Source of the DNA: an uncultured Lachnospiraceae bacterium
GTDB taxonomy: Bacteria > Bacillota > Clostridia > Christensenellales > UBA1242
Reading direction: 5' to 3'
Length of the DNA stretch: 64,000 nt
NCBI GenBank assembly: GCA_964521165.1
Contig: CAZFRA010000002.1
Coordinates: forward strand, 2,320-66,319
Shown here: one piece after another, positions 61,901-64,000 of the stretch
How positions within the stretch are numbered: the stretch's first letter is position 1
Layout of the letters: each line of letters starts with the position of its first letter
Notes under the pieces: generated by a model
Databases searched by the model: none
Seen by the model: the letters and a program-made list of their open reading frames with translations, nothing else
Told to the model about the DNA's origin: nothing
Position numbers and translations under genes: made by a program

Positions 61901-64000
61901 TGTTTTGAGTGGTGGCACGGCAAATGTTGGTGGTTTTGTTGGATACTTATACTCAACAACAAACAGTTTCAATTTAACAAATTTTATGTATTCCGGCACA
62001 GTAATTTCATTCGCGAACACTCTCAATTTTGGTGGAATTGCGGGTTCAGTATCACTTCTTAATTCCACGGGCAATATGATTGAAAATGTGGTTTATGGTG
62101 GCACAGTCCGAGTCTTCACACGAAATGTTGGTAACCAAAGTTCTAGTTCTAGTATATATTATAACACTGAATATGTCACAGTTGGTGGTGTGATTGGTGT
62201 GTTAGCGGGACCTGCTGTAAGCAACGGGATTATGTCGATAAATAGTGCATACACCTATGGCGATATTTATGTAAGTTATGGCTCTTCGACTGAATATTTG
62301 GAAAAATTCTATTTTGGCGGCGTAGTTGGCGATTTAGATCCTGATACATCAAGCGATTCAGAAACTCTTGTTAGGGTTGAAGATTCATATGTTCTTATGA
62401 CACCATTTAACGATAGGTTGACTGAAGAGTTGAGTGGTTTAGGCGGGGATTACACTGCAAATTCCATTGTTGGACATAATGCCGAATATGCGACATTCAC
62501 TGATAACTATTATTCATCAGGTGTTACCTTGACATATCAATATGAAGGTGAGGGCAACAACATTGATGTTTCCTATGGTGCTTCACTTGACAACTATTAT
62601 GGATATTCCACCGCTGAAGTTGATAACAACAGCAGCCTAAATGGGACGACTGGTGGTGATGCTGCCATCAATGAAATTATCAAAGGTGCAGCACAAGCGT
62701 ATGATTCTTCTTTATCCAGTGAAAGCGAAGGCACAAAACTTAATCCAAGCCAGATAGACTCTTTGACTGATATAAGAAATATTAGTAGTGGCTCAACTGG
62801 AAATATTAAATGGTATTACTTCGATAATATTACTAACGACGAATATGATTACACAATAACAGATACTTATTATTTAAATAGTGAAAATTTATCTAATGTT
62901 GTGATTGTTGGAAATGCTCACACTGTGAACATTGTTATTGAAGACACAGTTGAACCTTTGTTCACATTAATTGGTGAAGCGAATAATTCCTATTCCGTTA
63001 TCTCGGGACTTGTTTTAAATATCACATTTGATTATGATATTAATCGCGGCCAAAATAATGTAGATTTAGCATCTTCCGGACTTGTTGGCACTGTTGGAAA
63101 TAGTAGCGTAACATCTTCCAACATAATTTACGGCGTTGGCGTTACTGGCACGGTAGAATTTGGTGGCACAGGTCTAGTTGACTTTGCCGGCATTTCGCAA
63201 CAAATGCATAACGGATTAGTTTCCAATTCCTATGTGGACTTGGATATCTTCTATCACGCCGGAATAGATACCAGCAGTAGTTCGACAATCAGCGCGATTG
63301 TTTCAACACGCGGAACCGTGGATATTTTAAGCACATTTGCGCAAGGAAGCGTGTTGTGTTATATCCCAGCAGATATATACACCTTTAATTCGCGGGTTGG
63401 CGAAAACAGCGGACGAACAAGAGTGGTTGAGTGCTACACTGTAATGCAAGTATCTTCTGAAAATTACGGCAGCGGATTGCTAAGTTCATACAACACTTTC
63501 AGCACATCCGATGCAGGCTATGTTCAAAATTCTTACTATAGTGATTATAGTGGATTGGCAAGCGACGAACAAGGAAACCAGGAAATTGTTTCCGACATTT
63601 CGCTTGAGTATGGCGAAAGTTCGATAAGTAAAAACAGTTTGATTGGTAATAACGAGAGTATGTATACATATTGGTTCTACTCGCAATATCGAAACTATGG
63701 CTATGCAACCACCGGATTTGTTTATTTAAGAAATACTTCGGCTTATTCGCGTTCTTTGGAAAACAAAAATGATAGCAACAATGATGAAACATATGCTTAC
63801 AACACCTACACATACACTAAACTCACCGAAACCGAGTTGGCAGGAATTGGAACAGATTATACATATACCGTAACAGAAAATGAGATGGGAGCCACATATG
63901 ATCTCTTCCTTGCCGTTCCAAATGAAGGCAAATTCTCGCAATTGTCAGGTTTGGGAAGTGGTAAATTCTTCTTGTTGAATGATATGAATTTAAGTAATTT
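49926..64000 (+). CDS. Giant surface lipoprotein (more than 4,691 aa, 3'-truncated by the window) with Ig-like (Big_2-like) segments and multiple GLUG-type parallel-beta-helix cassettes
   Basis: AGGAGG SD 5 nt before ATG 49926. Signal peptide and lipobox MKKVALGFLTMIMLFGGVILSAC. I read every codon of frame 0 to base 64000 and found no stop. All listed plus-strand ORFs in this span are in frame 1. Repeated motifs include YAGGIAGVNNG, YVGGLVGYAG, VAGGLFGY, YAGGIVGE, AVGGIVGY, NAGGIIGE. Big_2-like VSPSNAENKTLTYYY. Confidence 0.9.
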   Translation, partial: MKKVALGFLTMIMLFGGVILSACNEKNISLSLSASEVTLATNNSQQDSSTDIVVTLSGSSAGITAIPVSQDDIVEVSTPVATGNGTYTFTITSLRSGTAQIRVSAIEDSSVYKDVTVNVKTYIESVTSLDLTDSDGRSELYVIKGGEGKDLTPSSYFNLEPLDANVMDITWSFESGSVEYYNNSQLVAEIVDNQTLYVYENFNLDEITLVAYSAQMPTVSEEVTFAVISSSSLSSISIGSGGNIELIRNDANNSSVTGTIIVNTFDEDMTVELEVYRTLTSGAYYQVSNYADYLKFEPTYSYDEDRQQLTITFTLDAQDEDSKNVSGNIFVQFKFEYSEYTYDFYAFDTTDDYVSINTYYIPISLTVRDSSYSSINNTIDIYSNYVSGWGYELLVNIYPDNVTLNDNAFQISIEGAGLYTDSNYYIKVYNENYQLVEFSQYEGSSTWLSEKITSGSKIYIQAGDGNFSTVEDFVITFVACGNGTAKQSITADLYRVSDDDELLLYEYSIDAATGAHNVGSQFDYTSTYYISSGVESMTRIFYLRLYGYTSTQGLTLNYTQNDNISISYTTSGSYAEGDDVDEYYVDLVVTVEIKNEGYEGEFSFWFTHKTGAESGIISTYAFAPLTDVVLVNGSAGSTSIYYDATDTQNYVQTMVDGETVIFASADYVSTGTLSSILVSAGSNFSLGLDYGGATLNTTSTTAGYYFAYLDLETFTTDNGNLLADLSDDEISEIFFNLNNGGIFNNENYIYNFKTENNTYFTYTNGSLRVASDNGEFVIYVAVFFNGYNESHEEITLVRVFRLESFYPVSSLRSDVTNANLYASESLSTTESDLSYVVVTVSLRHDNYSPTYLDLSNFSVSLLNDFSDDWYSMSETVITDGYVSISNIRLVTSSSATTLEFRITAISTQFNSSVLDIITLRYQLNYENTSVSYLTTTIDINISQADRVEKVEWINETEDGEVYLNLYSNDTSDQLFTISTSVSPSNAENKTLTYYYDAGDQNAAILSIQTESISQSFFLTIGNANVGGYGYLYILPADMVKSYGGQECFIVYSYDSSGDISTSASYFPLSSIGTYYQQLIDGTGSFANYFLNNNGEKVYYSDIILRIRVTVADGLSEETAIRIYSQSELANVESNLYYRIMNDIELEGWESIESFSGMIFGDNEDITLTFSSGSETLINNLSGTIKNLTMVGSVTGGGFVANYITETGEVDNVVVDVNYVDGAYAPSEVSGGYTVSGSVYAGGIAGVNNGTISNVKIYGINITLSGSNTYAGGVVGANYNIISDAGVEFYKFLDSTNSVTNNKISAQYVGGLVGYAGYVASGSTMLRYSKISNSYAYAFNLENSSSVNYTDVLEGTYVGAFAGLLNIGSTSNILYFSLSNSFAYLGNLGNNNNFGFGSVNGSGRVEISNSYITYYSSDDTEFLMSYILSYDAEVNGINSGVTTTDLENADYTNFDSSWVTTSIDTKINFGFAYLKDVQQTSSVSLSDKKIQTVSGKSIGSDSGDTGIIFLYSVSGTISSNAAQSELTRRNTISLAELFGIEEDEAESLLVSVDKSSYLNFTTNSLVAKNSNINLTLNGEGVPLILTLYSRVDFSQTKTFQIVVVNYVPEIIVTAGTNELTDGQILNIQTGSKNGQQVQVTLDNTIYLNGVAYTLVQNSDYTYEVIVSDTEGYLSYSANNNIITFVGNKASNSDNVEVSISLGISQLEENFQSFNEILKENRQRNFSIATYDGATNLKLDATSFSITPSETVSFTAELETTRPDDEILLTFVYNNVEYSIDENNQVVISSNVALDVSITENNKVYNIAISVAREYRHKVDSTYEIEIIVNALSQINSTTFAKSISLTLQKQGINKVDVTAYTISTRTVNNSRWYYTPSSTITSTLTPGSDSIFVVDITPMYSHFTHFDVTYTAVSSGSVGTVSINRLSYNSTFGYYADSSTTSSMISGISVTPTDDDLQNGLYYFRIYVSSAFTSNSNVTLTFTFYDGNETVATFTTNFVIDYLVSAEVLVNGEYTTIVAKGDSVQVSVALELDQTLVNNTIRIETSDSTITISNVTEEETDSARIYTATVNTSVRSSTGTFYVYASVSRYVNGILDYVDSYATVYIVDFTINPDETTVVGTTQTADYNGNTYDSFISYINAEQVLAFNYSIEPETYNYDSNNTEDYLAVQELLQKRTAFVREGSYSDRDSGYYINYSYNATGNQKLPIEQRLYYVNDDGSASAIYNSQTGEFLPNSVVSFAKGSNDTLTVTGLRTGSILLRMITTVIIGNTTFEYSYDFVITISVWTDEEVPIPIYTAEEFLTYLQGNPDSNGNTSAGDYILMNDIKLTNYTPVDTTYFNSFDGNGYQIYIDSFDTSATNLEVALFSEVTENSTIKNVRVNIYNGGQLTLNLNQNYSSINIAGFAITNSGIIYNCEVVAYYDSSLSSSQFSTDAGLVVNFTRGSGMDSVILTSQDIDVSNVIISGFVITNNNIITNSRVGGESIGTIVSTDSTNYYSEITLSTFTISGQGTVVGFVSSNLGTISASFVNNVQIDNMMNSTSSITAGFVVYNNGEVHTSYVQGVYDSSSNDDGDEFYFTGSTISTTGVVAGFVYSNSGLVKNSYVNIAFEVDITKSYLSAGFVYTNQSSGEITLCYAAAKMAQTDINEMSFVGTTESGDDDLNYNEDGITYSYYYSPDRIDTSPQSNYDTGAYAVTDVGQEDTFYRFTFSSIEGALDGIWTMTDRGITLVSANHIAFSNRYLVYNSVDEDDYYYLYSILTDMTTYRQIDLSYGSINNPIIIRTATEFAKATGKAQDVEISSYKQYYTDTEVFGYYRLVNDLDFSEIDQNTSGENDIVLTTTTKTFSGNLDANSFTISNISLGSSETLENYGLFAKLDGAVIMNLGLEVDSVHDSNARIVGTLAGTVIDTQLIGIALSPISSRSEEEAIEVVSIAGANIVGGLVGIVLGDSRLADITVTDIDVDSSYYYGTGKTIEINSTYTGEYLRRLAYNNSTLMDAVSRLSYAGSVAGYVDTYQNLGDGYVEYSSSVSVSSYSVASIRALDSVDIYAEVAGGLFGYLGRSVLAYDLSLELDADSNLTTPSYITSKNLYAGGIVGESYAGLFAVYAEYEETLQSTIETGMLNGGSTERGQVSIFSYTDSDTSHPGRYNNPLYIGGLVGYAGAGYISVAYNKLNVVSNNRSSESRYYTLAVGGIVGYINSEYSYDSDFVENNVTISYYLNEVYFSGVIYSQTSANAGGIIGEIDVDSDVALSKVNSIPYYDESQDSSNLYSLIGGFSGGVEGEMSRNLYLLSLRNSYYNATSTINSASTGNTLSGIAVVNSFLQSNSERTQTYINGVNDSQLSSTANYVPIREISSPSSMTSIAEAHSSMATFFLQNEWDETHWVHNDSDLYPEIVLVPKMEAYYLDADYDLTELNKYIEDYSTGTIIVRGRVDSNVSGEYSDIDLRGVTLSGFSGTIISYSNYMNSNLEGIITVIPSDYTANGYYIGGQVGDEVGLIINESQSLFANTSDGFTMDGIKIYLADSSSENSDGADKLEYSSSNSGSSIISGELSNADIIDVDIYINNSITFNLNQSGTDTYGLFVSTANSTNFENITFHFRYAYDVDGAVINPQINLNLSTGDSDTDISQYKRFGLLAGSVTQNSVYRSSTISNIVLTVEKRVLVGGSVSRTTDSVTLEVNIVNENQSADNKNSLYFGLIAGDVIISASTINNMPLTFGITNLTDSTFDGINLVLTGSEDGGQEGDSLDNIYLGGYFGSANFTSINGVGGAQPSSLIKNFIILQEISITGNVNIGLGFGQLTGSGTFDFTIDTSLASGGRIEMSGALYQKYTIDTDTGKRESSLTTGGTGETVNIGGFIGLAQYNLQMVSGLAVDFSVKSVTAIDAESMSDDLYSLVNFDYDSDGDYFKSSNGSVTSETYMVEGEVNIGAFVGQMTGGHINFSSLSVSGDIQIKNTTSSSSSSSSSTNLGVVGKVDNASISVTGTASKLSTINFFVLSGGTANVGGFVGYLYSTTNSFNLTNFMYSGTVISFANTLNFGGIAGSVSLLNSTGNMIENVVYGGTVRVFTRNVGNQSSSSSIYYNTEYVTVGGVIGVLAGPAVSNGIMSINSAYTYGDIYVSYGSSTEYLEKFYFGGVVGDLDPDTSSDSETLVRVEDSYVLMTPFNDRLTEELSGLGGDYTANSIVGHNAEYATFTDNYYSSGVTLTYQYEGEGNNIDVSYGASLDNYYGYSTAEVDNNSSLNGTTGGDAAINEIIKGAAQAYDSSLSSESEGTKLNPSQIDSLTDIRNISSGSTGNIKWYYFDNITNDEYDYTITDTYYLNSENLSNVVIVGNAHTVNIVIEDTVEPLFTLIGEANNSYSVISGLVLNITFDYDINRGQNNVDLASSGLVGTVGNSSVTSSNIIYGVGVTGTVEFGGTGLVDFAGISQQMHNGLVSNSYVDLDIFYHAGIDTSSSSTISAIVSTRGTVDILSTFAQGSVLCYIPADIYTFNSRVGENSGRTRVVECYTVMQVSSENYGSGLLSSYNTFSTSDAGYVQNSYYSDYSGLASDEQGNQEIVSDISLEYGESSISKNSLIGNNESMYTYWFYSQYRNYGYATTGFVYLRNTSAYSRSLENKNDSNNDETYAYNTYTYTKLTETELAGIGTDYTYTVTENEMGATYDLFLAVPNEGKFSQLSGLGSGKFFLLNDMNLSN

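Noticed and set aside
49926-64000. Hypothesis that the ORF-poor last 14 kb is non-coding, heavily pseudogenised, or uses an alternative genetic code.
   Set aside because: Frame 0 is open throughout under the standard code and encodes sensible, repetitive protein sequence. TGA and TAA are used as stops in neighbouring genes. The gap in the track is explained by the ORF lacking an in-window stop.

Overview
Low-GC (about 35-38%), standard-code chromosomal segment that looks Firmicutes-like (monoderm lipoboxes, Clostridia/Erysipelotrichia-style gene order). All product calls come from motif recognition by eye, not from searches.

Most of the window is housekeeping: tRNA-Glu, comFC, rlmB, mrnC, ychF, secA, rpmE, rpsF-ssb-rpsR, prfA/prmC, hup, lepB, queH, rubrerythrin, recD2, cysS, cca, pth-mfd and acpP. 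There are also envelope genes (VanW, TVP38/DedA-like, MOP flippase, DUF421/DUF4363, PrsA-like lipoprotein, LPG-synthase-like TM protein) and sporulation-linked genes (SpoIIQ-like M23 protein, spoIIID). I saw no rRNA, CRISPR array, transposase or integrase.

Points worth a second look:
1. A giant ORF is absent from the supplied track. Plus-strand frame 0 is open from ATG 49926 to the window end (more than 4,690 codons). It encodes a lipoprotein with Ig-like segments and at least five cassettes rich in GLUG-type GG[IL]VG beta-helix repeats.
2. An orphan 1,128-aa protein has a membrane hairpin and a long coiled coil.
3. A DUF1385-like membrane domain is fused to PrmC.
4. A VirB2/T4SS-pilin-like mini-protein has no secretion genes nearby, and sits next to an ArsR regulator with a divergent Trp/Gly/Cys-rich peptide.
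5. At least 11 genes have a promoter -10 box 6-10 nt from the ATG and no Shine-Dalgarno, suggesting leaderless mRNAs.
6. A short, degenerate GlmU-like protein occupies the usual glmU position upstream of pth-mfd.
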